From Candidatus Saccharimonadota bacterium (GTDB taxonomy: Archaea > Nanohalarchaeota > Nanosalinia > Nanosalinales > Nanosalinaceae): DNA of 32,000 bases. A program made the translations under genes and the position numbers. The stretch covers positions 420,001-452,000 of the forward strand of contig NZ_CP107255.1 of NCBI RefSeq assembly GCF_029232205.1, in the 5' to 3' direction. The notes below the pieces were generated by a model, which searched no databases, was not told the origin of the DNA, and was given only the letters and a program-made list of their open reading frames with translations. Below, one piece after another: positions 1-8,738 of this stretch; the first letter of the stretch is position 1, and each line of letters starts with the position of its first letter.

Positions 1-17
1 CGATAAAAATATTTGAT

Positions 18-836
18 ATGGATTCTGAACTTCAGGAGGTCTTCAAAAACAACTCAACCTCCTACTACTACAGCAGCCTCTTTTTCCCAGAAAAAGTCAA
101 AGAGGACGTATTCAAACTTTATGCATACGTAAGAACAGCCGATGACTTCGTAGATGAGGAACCGCAGGACGAGGAAGGCCTGAAAGAGTTCAGAGAAAAA
201 ACAATGAACAACTGGGACTCAGGAAAGTCAGGGGACAAAATAGTTGACAGCTTCCTGGAAGTAGCCCGGAAAAAAGATTTCCACAGAGAATGGGTAGAGG
301 CCTTCCTGGACTCAATGGAGGCCGACCTGCACAAATCAAACTACGTAACAATACAGGAAACCTTGGAGTACATCCACGGATCCGCTGAAGTCATCGGACT
401 AATGATGGCTGCACTTCTGGAACTTGACGAAGACTCTTACCAGTACGCAGAAATGCTCGGAAGATCAATGCAGTACTGCAACTTCCTCCGCGACATCAAG
501 GAAGACAACGAACTCGGAAGAGAGTATCTGCCGGACGAAGAACTGGAGAAATATGGTCTCGACGGCCTGGACGAAGCTGATATCGATGACGAAGACTTCA
601 AGGAATTCATGAGAGACCAGATCCAGCTTTACAGAGAATGGCAGAAAGAAGCCGAAAAAGGCCTGAAATACATTCCTTACAGAGTCAGAATCCCGGTAAT
701 TCTCTCATCCAGACTGTACAAATGGACTGCGAAAAAGATTGAAAAGAACCCGATGAAGGTTTACAGGAAAAAAGTAAGGCCTTCAAAGCCGAGAATTCTA
801 TTCGAACTACTGAAATCTTTGAGAGGTCGAAACTAG
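18..836 (+). CDS. crtB: Phytoene/squalene synthase family protein
   Basis: 272-aa ORF. Both Asp-rich family motifs are readable: YAYVRTADDFVDE and NFLRDIKEDNELGREYLP. Its stop overlaps the GTG start of the next gene. Confidence 0.8.
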   Translation: MDSELQEVFKNNSTSYYYSSLFFPEKVKEDVFKLYAYVRTADDFVDEEPQDEEGLKEFREKTMNNWDSGKSGDKIVDSFLEVARKKDFHREWVEAFLDSMEADLHKSNYVTIQETLEYIHGSAEVIGLMMAALLELDEDSYQYAEMLGRSMQYCNFLRDIKEDNELGREYLPDEELEKYGLDGLDEADIDDEDFKEFMRDQIQLYREWQKEAEKGLKYIPYRVRIPVILSSRLYKWTAKKIEKNPMKVYRKKVRPSKPRILFELLKSLRGRN

Positions 837-1816
837 TGTACGATACTTCGGAGAATAAAGAAAAGATAATATCTCGCCTGGAAGACTGCAAGAAAAACTG
901 TGAACTATCAAAATACGGCTGGGGAGAGGAAACAATTGAAATACTGTACGATCTCTCCACAAGAGGAAAAATGGTGAGAGGAAGCCTCCTCATGGATGCA
1001 ACAGAAATAATGGGCGGTGAAGAAGACAGCATACACTATGCAGCAGCCACAGAACTTATACACACCGGCCTTCTTGTCCACGACGACATAATAGACAGAG
1101 ATGAGAAAAGAAGAGGTGTAGACTCTGTACACGTCCAGTTCAGATCAGAAGAAATAACCGACAGACAGACAGAAAACCTTGCAATCTGCGCCGGCGATAT
1201 ATCATACTTCACAGCATACGAAATAATTTCACAGGCCTCCAATCTCGACTCAGAGGCCCTTTCAGAGTTCTCATCCACGTTTGCAAGAGTAGGAGTGGGA
1301 GAAATGTCGGACATAGTTCTCTCAGGAAGACTTGAAACAGTAGAGGACGAAGTACTGGAAATCCACAGAAACAAGACCGCATGCTACACCTTTGCAATGC
1401 CGCTGAAGATAGCATCAATACTTGCAGAAGGCCCGGAACTTGAGAAACTGCACGAGATAGGAATGAAAATGGGAGTACTCTACCAGATAAGAGACGATCA
1501 CCTGGACATCTTCTCAAATGAAGACGACACAGGAAAACCTGTGGCCTCCGACATACAGGAAGGAAAGAAAACACTTCACACAGAAATCCTCAGAGAAAAA
1601 ACCTCTGCAGGAGAAGAACTCTACGAGGAAAAAACAGTAGAAGAGGCCCGCGAAGTAGTCCGGAAAATGGAAGAATCCAGCGTACGGAAAGAAGTTGAGA
1701 AAAGAATCGAGGCCCGAAGAGCAGAAGTTATAGAGCTGATAGAGGGTCTGGAGAATCCTGAGCTCCGCGAACTGCTGAAAGACGTCCTCCAACTTGTAAT
1801 ACAGAGAGAAAAATGA
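836..1816 (+). CDS. trans-Polyprenyl diphosphate synthase (GGPP-synthase-like; chain length not determinable)
   Basis: 326-aa ORF. First and second Asp-rich motifs are LLVHDDIIDRDEKRRG and YQIRDDHLDIF. The GTG start at 836 overlaps the crtB-like stop (TAGTG), and the stop overlaps the next ATG (ATGA at 1813). Confidence 0.85.
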   Translation: MYDTSENKEKIISRLEDCKKNCELSKYGWGEETIEILYDLSTRGKMVRGSLLMDATEIMGGEEDSIHYAAATELIHTGLLVHDDIIDRDEKRRGVDSVHVQFRSEEITDRQTENLAICAGDISYFTAYEIISQASNLDSEALSEFSSTFARVGVGEMSDIVLSGRLETVEDEVLEIHRNKTACYTFAMPLKIASILAEGPELEKLHEIGMKMGVLYQIRDDHLDIFSNEDDTGKPVASDIQEGKKTLHTEILREKTSAGEELYEEKTVEEAREVVRKMEESSVRKEVEKRIEARRAEVIELIEGLENPELRELLKDVLQLVIQREK

Positions 1817-2679
1817 AAGACAGAGTAAACCGGAAAAATATTTTTCTATCAGTACTTACATCAACAGCCATACTACTGGCAATAGTATCGCTCACAGGCC
1901 TTGAAAGAACTCTGAGCTTTCTCTCACATACCCGGCCTCTACCCCTTACAGCAGCATTCATCTCCGCCAATCTAGCGATCGTAATAAACTCTCATATCTG
2001 GAAAAAGGTGCTCAACAGACTGGGCCTTGATATAACGTCTTTACAGGCAGTAAAACTGGTGTTTGCCAACGCATTCATCAACAACATCACTCCACTAGGC
2101 CATGCCGGCGGAGAACCATTCATAGTATATCACTTACACAGGAAGACAGAGAAAGAAACAGGAACAATCTTCTCAGGCATCCTAGTAGCTGACGTAATCA
2201 ACTTCACACCTCTCATAACTTCAGGCCTTGTAGGCGCAGCAGCAACTTCGGGAGCCAGAAATCTTCTATTGCTTCCAGCGGCAATAAAACAGAAAGTAGA
2301 AGAACAGATGGGAAACTTCAGGGAAGGCCTTCAAACACTCTCAATCGACAGAAAAAATCTTCTATTTCTCTCGTTATTTTCTCATCTATCAATACTGACA
2401 GACATAGCCGCAATCATGTTTCTGGCGTACTCTCTAGGCCTCCAGATATCGTTCGTCCCGCTTCTACTGATTCTTCCGCTGGCCAGAATCGCCAACTACA
2501 CCCCGACACCGGGAGGCACAGGCCCGTACGAAATAGCATTGACAGGTCTACTCAGCTTTTTCTACGGAATCCCAATTTTCCAGGCGGCCGCAATCTCGGT
2601 AATCTACAGAGGCATGACATACTACTTCGGTATAATTGCCGGAGGATATGCCGTAGCAACCCTTGAAATCGGGAAATGA
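1813..2679 (+). CDS. Multi-pass membrane protein, UPF0104 / lysyl-PG-synthase-TM-like (flippase-like) family
   Basis: 288-aa hydrophobic ORF. It carries the family-typical C-terminal motif NYTPTPGGTGPYE and is translationally coupled to the polyprenyl synthase gene. Confidence 0.6.
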   Translation: MKDRVNRKNIFLSVLTSTAILLAIVSLTGLERTLSFLSHTRPLPLTAAFISANLAIVINSHIWKKVLNRLGLDITSLQAVKLVFANAFINNITPLGHAGGEPFIVYHLHRKTEKETGTIFSGILVADVINFTPLITSGLVGAAATSGARNLLLLPAAIKQKVEEQMGNFREGLQTLSIDRKNLLFLSLFSHLSILTDIAAIMFLAYSLGLQISFVPLLLILPLARIANYTPTPGGTGPYEIALTGLLSFFYGIPIFQAAAISVIYRGMTYYFGIIAGGYAVATLEIGK

Positions 2680-2707
2680 TAAAAACAGGCCCGAGGTAAT
2701 TCATTAT

Positions 2708-3193
2708 ATGTTATATGAATTTGAGCAGTCGGACCTCCTGCTAGCGTGGGGAGTCACAACTGCACTTGGATGGCTTGCAACAATGATCATGGCCGTAGTA
2801 CAGCCCTCTGTACCAGCGGTGATGGCAATATGGACCGTTCTAATGGCCATCCCGGTAGTCATAACACTGCAGCTATACGCAGCAGGAAACTCGAACAAAC
2901 TGTTCAACTTCTGGGCAGTAGCAGTCTCACTGCTTATGATCGAGAACTTTGTAACACCGGCCTCAATATCGGTTTACAGCTACTTCCTGCTATGGATGGC
3001 AGCATCGGCCGCAGGATTCTACTACACAAGTAGAAAAATGCCGCCACCTTCCGACAAAACATACAGATACGCAGCAATCCTGGCCGCAATCGCACTGCCT
3101 GTAGTCTACTACGACTACAGAACAGGAGCAATCCTGGGAATACTGCTACAGGGAGGCCCAATGATCTACGACTACTGGACAGTCCACAGATAA
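2708..3193 (+). CDS. Hypothetical integral membrane protein (about 5 TM)
   Basis: The ORF track opens at a TTG at 2663, but the first ATG is at 2708 (MLYEFEQ...). Hydrophobic segments run throughout, with no recognisable motif. It is fourth in the co-directional isoprenoid cluster. Confidence 0.5.
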   Translation: MLYEFEQSDLLLAWGVTTALGWLATMIMAVVQPSVPAVMAIWTVLMAIPVVITLQLYAAGNSNKLFNFWAVAVSLLMIENFVTPASISVYSYFLLWMAASAAGFYYTSRKMPPPSDKTYRYAAILAAIALPVVYYDYRTGAILGILLQGGPMIYDYWTVHR

Positions 3194-3240
3194 CATTTCC
3201 CACTCCTTTTCTTTTTCCACCAAAAAACAGTCATCTATCC

Positions 3241-3280
3241 TATAAAGGTTGCCCCTCAATACTTGATTATAAAGGAGGTG
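3241..3280 (+). promoter_or_regulatory. Putative promoter plus ribosome-binding site of the cold-shock-domain gene
   Basis: A TATAAAG box lies at 3241-3247. A GGAGGTG Shine-Dalgarno lies at 3274-3280, 9 nt before the ATG at 3290. Confidence 0.45.
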
Positions 3281-3289
3281 TTTTGTAGT

Positions 3290-3514
3290 ATGAAAGGTAC
3301 AGTTAAGTTCTTCCACGATCAGAAGAAGTACGGATTTATCGAAGCTGAAGACATGGACGACGACCTATTCTTCCACGTCAGCGATCTCGAAGGCGATTCC
3401 ATCGAAGAAGACACAGATGTCGAATTCGAACAGGAAGAAGGCGATAGAGGTCCTAAGGCAGTCAACGTAGTTGAAGCAGGAGCAGAAGAAACTGACGAAG
3501 AAATCGAAGCTTAA
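3290..3514 (+). CDS. Cold-shock domain (CspA-family) protein with acidic C-terminal tail
   Basis: Sequence MKGTVKFFHDQKKYGFIE...LFFHVSDL matches the RNP1/RNP2-like motifs of the CSD fold. The ATG at 3290 is preferred over the ORF-track start at 3263 because of the upstream SD. Confidence 0.85.
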   Translation: MKGTVKFFHDQKKYGFIEAEDMDDDLFFHVSDLEGDSIEEDTDVEFEQEEGDRGPKAVNVVEAGAEETDEEIEA

Positions 3515-3552
3515 AGCTTCAAGCTCTTCACTCAACAAGCGTTACAACCAAC

Positions 3553-3558
3553 TTTTTT
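3553..3558 (+). terminator. Oligo-T tract, candidate archaeal terminator after the csp-like gene
   Basis: A T6 run lies 39 nt after the stop codon in a non-coding stretch. Confidence 0.3.
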
Positions 3559-3633
3559 CTTCACATTTCCCTTACTTAATTTTCTCCACCAACAACCCGG
3601 CATTTATTACTCATAAACCCTCTTTCTAAACCT

Positions 3634-3828
3634 ATGACACAGGAAAACCAGAAAGAAGACGAATGGGCCAGAAAAGTAATACAGAAAAACACCGAAGGCC
3701 TCAAAGAACTGGCAGAAGAAAAACCAGCAGCCAGAATGAGAAAAAACAAGATATACCGGAAAATAATCAAGGCCTACAGAAAATACATCTCAAGAAAAGA
3801 GGAAAAAGTCTCAACTATCGAACTCTAA
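3634..3828 (+). CDS. Hypothetical small basic (K/R-rich) protein
   Basis: 64-aa ORF. Its codon style (GAA, AAC, GAC endings) matches neighbouring plus-strand genes. No motif recognised. The 3' end overlaps the convergent Doc-like gene by 14 nt. Confidence 0.35.
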   Translation: MTQENQKEDEWARKVIQKNTEGLKELAEEKPAARMRKNKIYRKIIKAYRKYISRKEEKVSTIEL

Positions 3829-4357
3829 CCTCTTCAAGAGGCCCCTCCAGAAGAGACATCATGTACCTGTAAAGATCATCCTCATCCTTCTCCCTCACAG
3901 CAACCTGCTGCAACAACTCACGGAACTCAACAGTCAGATCAGGATAAACAGCCCGGGAAAAACCTTCCAGGGCCTGAGCCTTAATCAAAAACATCACACC
4001 GCTCAAATACGCAGTTCTCTTATTCCCCTCACCAAAGGCCTGTGACTCAGCAATCTCCTTCATCACAACCGCAGAAAGATAAACGGCATCACTGTTCTCA
4101 CCACACCTCTGAGGTAAAGTAAACTCGAAAAGATTCTCAATCAAACCCTCGCCAGAAGGCCTCAACTGGTGATAATCCTCATCACGAGCAACCTCAAAAG
4201 CATCCATACTGCCAACAGGAACACCGTTAACATGCTCCAGCTCCGCCTCACTCTCAATATCCGGAGCCCGCGTAACAGTAGCATTCAAACCCTTCACAAG
4301 ATCAAGGCCAATCATCTCCTCAACCTCTCCACAGTCAACCTCCAAAACCATAACCAA
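3815..4357 (-). CDS. Fido-fold protein, Doc-like (Fic/DOC family), catalytic His replaced by Gln
   Basis: 180-aa ORF. Residues 106-114 read QAFGEGNKR against the Doc signature H-x-F-x-[DN]-[AG]-N-K-R. The Q codon is CAG at 4040-4042. Confidence 0.65.
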   Translation of the reverse strand: MVMVLEVDCGEVEEMIGLDLVKGLNATVTRAPDIESEAELEHVNGVPVGSMDAFEVARDEDYHQLRPSGEGLIENLFEFTLPQRCGENSDAVYLSAVVMKEIAESQAFGEGNKRTAYLSGVMFLIKAQALEGFSRAVYPDLTVEFRELLQQVAVREKDEDDLYRYMMSLLEGPLEEVRVR

Positions 4358-4452
4358 CCAATACCTACCAACACCAAAAAGGATAACCCGATAAAAATTT
4401 CTACCTCAAAGCTACATAGGGGGAGAGGCCGATCACAGAAAAAACACGGATA

Positions 4453-5631
4453 ATGCACTTCGGCGACACACACCTGGGCAGAAAACAACCCAGCCAGATA
4501 GCCGAAAAACGCGTAGAATCAACAATCAAGGCCTTCCAATTTCTAATCGACAAAGCCATAGAAAAAGACGTAGACATCATAATACACGCAGGCGACGTAT
4601 TCGACACAGTATACCCATGGCACACAGTAATCGAACAGGCCCGCGAAACGCTGGAAAAACTGGAAAAAGCAGAAATCCCAATGTACATGATCCGTGGCAA
4701 CCACGACAGAAGCTACGGCCACGGAAGAAAACTCAAAGGCCTCGCCATCGAACACCTCGAAAACCAGTACGTAAAACTAATCGATCCTTCTCCTGAAGAA
4801 TTTGGAAAACCAGCAATACAATTCAAAGGCCTGAACATCTACGGCCTCGGATACCACTCCAGTAAAACCCGGGAAATACTGGAAGACTTCTCTCCAGGAA
4901 AAGGCACCAATATCCTGCTGATGCACGACTTCGTAGAGGGAGTTACAAGAACCTACTCCAACGACTGCACAGAAGCAGAAAAACTGGCCGATAAGAACCT
5001 GGACTACGTTGCTATAGGCCACGACCACCAGCCAAACACCTGGAAAGAAATCAACGGCACAGTTTTCTCAGCAACAGGAGGAACCGTAGACTACGACTTC
5101 AACTCCACAGAGTTCGGAAACCACTACAACATAATAGAAGCCGGCCCTGAAGGCGTACAACACGAGGAAACAGGAGAAATACCGCAGACACTTGAATTAA
5201 AGAAGATCAGAGTGCCGGTGGAAGAGGCCCGCGTCGAACCAACCATAGGAAGAATACAGGAACTTCAGGGAGAAAGAATAGCAGTCAAAGTCATGGTAAA
5301 GGGAGAAACAGAAAAAGAACCTGGCGAGATACCTGTCCAGGAGATAGAGGCCCGAGCAAGAGAGATAGAAAAAGTTGAAATGGTTGAAGTAGTCCTCGAC
5401 CTCCAGATAAAAGGATATGAAGATACAGAATCCGGAGAGGCCTTCAGTGTCGACGAATTTCTCGAAAAAGAACTTGAAAATCCCGAGGAATTCCGGGAGC
5501 TGCATGAAAAAACATCCTCCATGCTGGCAGACGACGAAAACCTCACCTCATCAGGAATCAACCTGAAAAAGGACGCCAGAAAAAAGCTAAGGCAGCAAGT
5601 CAAACAGAAAATCTTCGGTGGTAGTGAGTGA
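4453..5631 (+). CDS. mre11: Mre11-type DNA double-strand-break repair nuclease (calcineurin-like phosphoesterase)
   Basis: The phosphoesterase motifs appear in order: FGDTHLG, HAGDVFD, IRGNHD, LLMHDF, IGHDHQ. The stop overlaps the GTG start of rad50. Confidence 0.85.
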   Translation: MHFGDTHLGRKQPSQIAEKRVESTIKAFQFLIDKAIEKDVDIIIHAGDVFDTVYPWHTVIEQARETLEKLEKAEIPMYMIRGNHDRSYGHGRKLKGLAIEHLENQYVKLIDPSPEEFGKPAIQFKGLNIYGLGYHSSKTREILEDFSPGKGTNILLMHDFVEGVTRTYSNDCTEAEKLADKNLDYVAIGHDHQPNTWKEINGTVFSATGGTVDYDFNSTEFGNHYNIIEAGPEGVQHEETGEIPQTLELKKIRVPVEEARVEPTIGRIQELQGERIAVKVMVKGETEKEPGEIPVQEIEARAREIEKVEMVEVVLDLQIKGYEDTESGEAFSVDEFLEKELENPEEFRELHEKTSSMLADDENLTSSGINLKKDARKKLRQQVKQKIFGGSE

Positions 5632-8015
5632 AGCTGGAGAAACTTGAACTGGAAAACTTCAGAAAACTGAAAGACACAGAGATAAACTTCTCCAGAGGCC
5701 TGAACCTGATAGAAGGCCCAAACAACGCAGGAAAATCCTCTATACTCTACGCAATCTACTTCGCATTGACAGGAGAGGCCTTCAACTTCAGATCGCCGAA
5801 GGAATACATCAATTTTAACGAAACCAGCATGAAGGCCCGGCTAGAGTTCTCAATACAGGAAGACAGATACTACGTTATTTCTGAGTACTCGGAGACAGGA
5901 AGAGGAAACTACGAGGTAGGATCACTGAAAAACGGCGAAGAACAGGTACTTGAGTCAACAGATGGCGGCGCCCGGGTAAACGACGTCAGAAAAAAGGTCT
6001 TCCAGTTAACAGGCCTAGACAGCAAAAGACTTGAGCACGTCAACTACGCAGCACAGCAAAAATTCGTGGAAAAAGTAGAAGGAGGTCGAAGACAGCAGGA
6101 GGCCATGGACTACATCTTCGAAATAAAAACAGTAGACGTACTCTCCAACGCAGTAAAAGACGTCATAGGCCAGAAAGAAAGAGAACTGGACGGCCTCGAA
6201 GATAAAGAAGAGAGAAAAAACGAAATAAAGAAACAGATCGAAGAGAAAAAAGAAGAAATGGGTGAAAAGAAAGAAGGCCTTCAGGAACTCAAAGAAGAAC
6301 TTGAAGATAGAGAAGAGGAACTCGAAGAGGCCGAACAGGAAAAAGAGGAGAAACAGAAACAGTACAGAAAACTGAGAAAGGCCTCAGATATAGAGAAAGA
6401 AATAGAGAAACAGAAAGAATTCATCGAATCACTCAAACAAGATATAGCAGAGATAAAAGAGAAGTATGGGGAAGAAATCCTCGATAAAAAGGCCTCGCTG
6501 GAAGAAAAACTCGAAGAAGTCAATGAAAAGTTTGAATCAGTTCGGGAAAAAGCCGAGAAAATAGATAAGGCCTCCAAAAAACTTGAGAGAAAAGAGATGA
6601 ATCTCGAGAATCTTGAAGAGAAGATAGAGGAAAAAAGCGATGGAAGGGATCAACTGGAAACTCAGGCAGAGAACTTGGAGGAGAAAAAAGAATCTCTACA
6701 GAGCGAGATAGATGAATACGATTTCTCCGGCGATCTTGAAGAAGAACTGGAGGAAATTAATTCTGAAATAAAGGATCTGCGTGAGGCCAGAAGTGAGAAA
6801 AAGGCCCGGCTAGAGGATCTGGAAAACACTCATGACAGAGGAGAATGTGAGGTCTGCGGCCGTGAAGTAGAGGACCTCGACGAATACCACAGGAGAATAG
6901 AAGATGCCAGACAGAAAATCAAGAATACTAACGAAAAGATACAGGCCGGAGTTGAGAGAAAGCAAAAGCTGGAGGAACTAGCCGAGAAAAAACAGGAGCT
7001 TGATGAAATACAGCAAGAGTTGGATGAGAGAAGCCAAGGCCTTGAAGAAACCATTGAAAAAATAGATGAGCTGGAGAACGATAGAGAAGAGATTGAGGAA
7101 GATATCAAGATTCTGAAAGAGGCTCTGGATGAGAAAGATTCTGGCGAAGTTAAGGATGAGCTAGAGGAACTGAGGGAGAAACGCAGCGAACTGAAAAAAG
7201 AGATATCGGAGATCAAATCCGACGAGAAAGAAGTAGAGAGGAAACAGGCGAAACTTGAGGCCCGTGAGGAAAAACTTTCAGAGCTGAAGAACAAGCTCGA
7301 CGATCTTGAAGTAGAATACTCGAATATTGATTCAGAACTTGAAAAGGCCGAAAAACAGAAGGACAAGGCCTTATCCAGCTACAATTCTATTAATTCTAAA
7401 GTTGAGGAGATGGAGAAACGCCTTCAGGATAGAGAAAGGACAGTAGAAGAGAGCAAGGAACAGCTTGAAGAACTGGAGGCCCGAGCAGAGGAGACTCAGG
7501 AAGAAGTAGAGAAACTTCAACAACTACAGGAAAGAATTGAGGAGGTGAGGGAGGCCTCTGAGAAGTACTCAATGACGGAGTCAAAAATGAGGGAGGACAG
7601 TATCCGGAAGCTGGAAAGAAAAGTTTACAGATGGTACCAGGAACTGGCCGCGGAACCAGAATTCAGCTATCTAACCATAGATCAAGATGACTACAGGCTG
7701 AAAGGAGTTCCAGTAAATGCGGAAAGAGAGTACTCCATCAGCGACTACCAGGGAGGAGGCCAGAGAACGCTGACAGCGCTAGCATACCAACTGGCCCTCG
7801 CAGAGATGACAGGCACTGACTTCCTGATGATCGATGAACCTACTGATGCGACAGATTCGAATAATCGGGAAAACCTTCTGGAAATCATCCACAACGCAGT
7901 CAAACAGTTCAACCAGATAATCCTCATAACACATCACGGAGTAGGCCGGGAGAAGGCCGACAACATCATCAAGGTAGAGAAAGAAGGAGAGGAAAGCAAG
8001 GTAGCAACATTATAG
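5628..8015 (+). CDS. rad50: Rad50 ATPase (SMC-like, zinc hook)
   Basis: Walker A is GPNNAGKSS. A long E/K-rich coiled coil carries a central CxxC hook, CEVC (codons 6846-6857, residue about 407 of 795). Signature is QGGGQRTL and Walker B is FLMIDEPTD. Confidence 0.9.
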   Translation: MKLEKLELENFRKLKDTEINFSRGLNLIEGPNNAGKSSILYAIYFALTGEAFNFRSPKEYINFNETSMKARLEFSIQEDRYYVISEYSETGRGNYEVGSLKNGEEQVLESTDGGARVNDVRKKVFQLTGLDSKRLEHVNYAAQQKFVEKVEGGRRQQEAMDYIFEIKTVDVLSNAVKDVIGQKERELDGLEDKEERKNEIKKQIEEKKEEMGEKKEGLQELKEELEDREEELEEAEQEKEEKQKQYRKLRKASDIEKEIEKQKEFIESLKQDIAEIKEKYGEEILDKKASLEEKLEEVNEKFESVREKAEKIDKASKKLERKEMNLENLEEKIEEKSDGRDQLETQAENLEEKKESLQSEIDEYDFSGDLEEELEEINSEIKDLREARSEKKARLEDLENTHDRGECEVCGREVEDLDEYHRRIEDARQKIKNTNEKIQAGVERKQKLEELAEKKQELDEIQQELDERSQGLEETIEKIDELENDREEIEEDIKILKEALDEKDSGEVKDELEELREKRSELKKEISEIKSDEKEVERKQAKLEAREEKLSELKNKLDDLEVEYSNIDSELEKAEKQKDKALSSYNSINSKVEEMEKRLQDRERTVEESKEQLEELEARAEETQEEVEKLQQLQERIEEVREASEKYSMTESKMREDSIRKLERKVYRWYQELAAEPEFSYLTIDQDDYRLKGVPVNAEREYSISDYQGGGQRTLTALAYQLALAEMTGTDFLMIDEPTDATDSNNRENLLEIIHNAVKQFNQIILITHHGVGREKADNIIKVEKEGEESKVATL

Positions 8016-8105
8016 GCCCTATACAGAGCATAAGACCGAGCTAATCCGGCGCCAGCGAGTGTGTTGATTACTCTAAAAACAGTTAAGGCCTAAGAGTTAT
8101 TTCTG

Positions 8106-8738
8106 ATGACTGGAATAGATGGCTTCATCCAGAGAACACTTGAACCTGAGAGAGCGGAAGACCAGAGAATAATCGATGAAGGAGATGAAGTAGAGGAAGG
8201 AGCCGTGAAACAGGTGTTTGAAGGCCTGCACGGAGAAATGATAATGCCAATCCAGTCAGACGAAGAAATAAGACAGATATACAGAGACCTCCACGGAAAG
8301 GCCAGAGTCGTCAACACCTGGGCAGTAACCGAAGAAGGAGTAGACATGTTCAAACAGGACAGAGTACCCGACAAGTTCTACGACGTAATGTACCAGGAAG
8401 GCCTCGAACATGTAATAAGAGAAACAGTCGAAGTATTCGAAAGCTTCGCAGACCACGGATACGCCTACTGCGACCTATCACCAGACAACATAAGATTCCA
8501 CAACGGAAACGGCATAGCAATAGACTACCTCGACGAACACGCAGTAGAAAAACTCGACGGCAATCCAACCTTCGCAGCAGCCAAGTCATACGACCTCTTC
8601 ACCAGCGAAATAACCTCAGACATACCAGGCCTCCAACCAGAAGAAGTAGAAAGATACATCGACAAATACTCCAACCACGTATCAACAGAAAAATACACCG
8701 GAGATGTACTCGCCGACTTCGCATTCAAACCTGAATAG
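8106..8738 (+). CDS. Hypothetical acidic protein with protein-kinase-like catalytic-loop pattern
   Basis: 210-aa ORF. YAYCDLSPDNIRF...IAIDYLD resembles the HxDLxxxN catalytic loop plus metal-binding Asp of RIO/Bud32/APH-type kinases. An upstream GAVKQVF resembles the VAxK lysine motif. The functional call is weak. Confidence 0.45.
   Translation: MTGIDGFIQRTLEPERAEDQRIIDEGDEVEEGAVKQVFEGLHGEMIMPIQSDEEIRQIYRDLHGKARVVNTWAVTEEGVDMFKQDRVPDKFYDVMYQEGLEHVIRETVEVFESFADHGYAYCDLSPDNIRFHNGNGIAIDYLDEHAVEKLDGNPTFAAAKSYDLFTSEITSDIPGLQPEEVERYIDKYSNHVSTEKYTGDVLADFAFKPE

Noticed and set aside
3505-3519. A 15-nt palindrome GAAGCTTAAAGCTTC spanning the csp-like stop codon
   Set aside because: The arms are 7 bp with a 1-nt centre, so it cannot form a stable hairpin loop. 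It is probably two chance AAGCTT sites. The oligo-T tract further downstream is a better terminator candidate.
1-4398. An identical 10-mer CGATAAAAAT at 1-10 (upstream of the crtB-like gene) and 4389-4398 (upstream of mre11)
   Set aside because: It is possibly a shared TATA-type element, but its distances to the two start codons (17 versus 64 nt) are inconsistent. A single A-rich 10-mer match is weak evidence.
6281-7366. Long Ser/Phe/Leu-rich antisense ORFs (6281-6577 and 6830-7366, minus strand) inside rad50
   Set aside because: They are the reverse complement of the GAA/GAG/AAA-rich coiled-coil codons, which give TTC/CTC/TTT. They are extremely low in complexity, and rad50 on the plus strand has all its diagnostic motifs.
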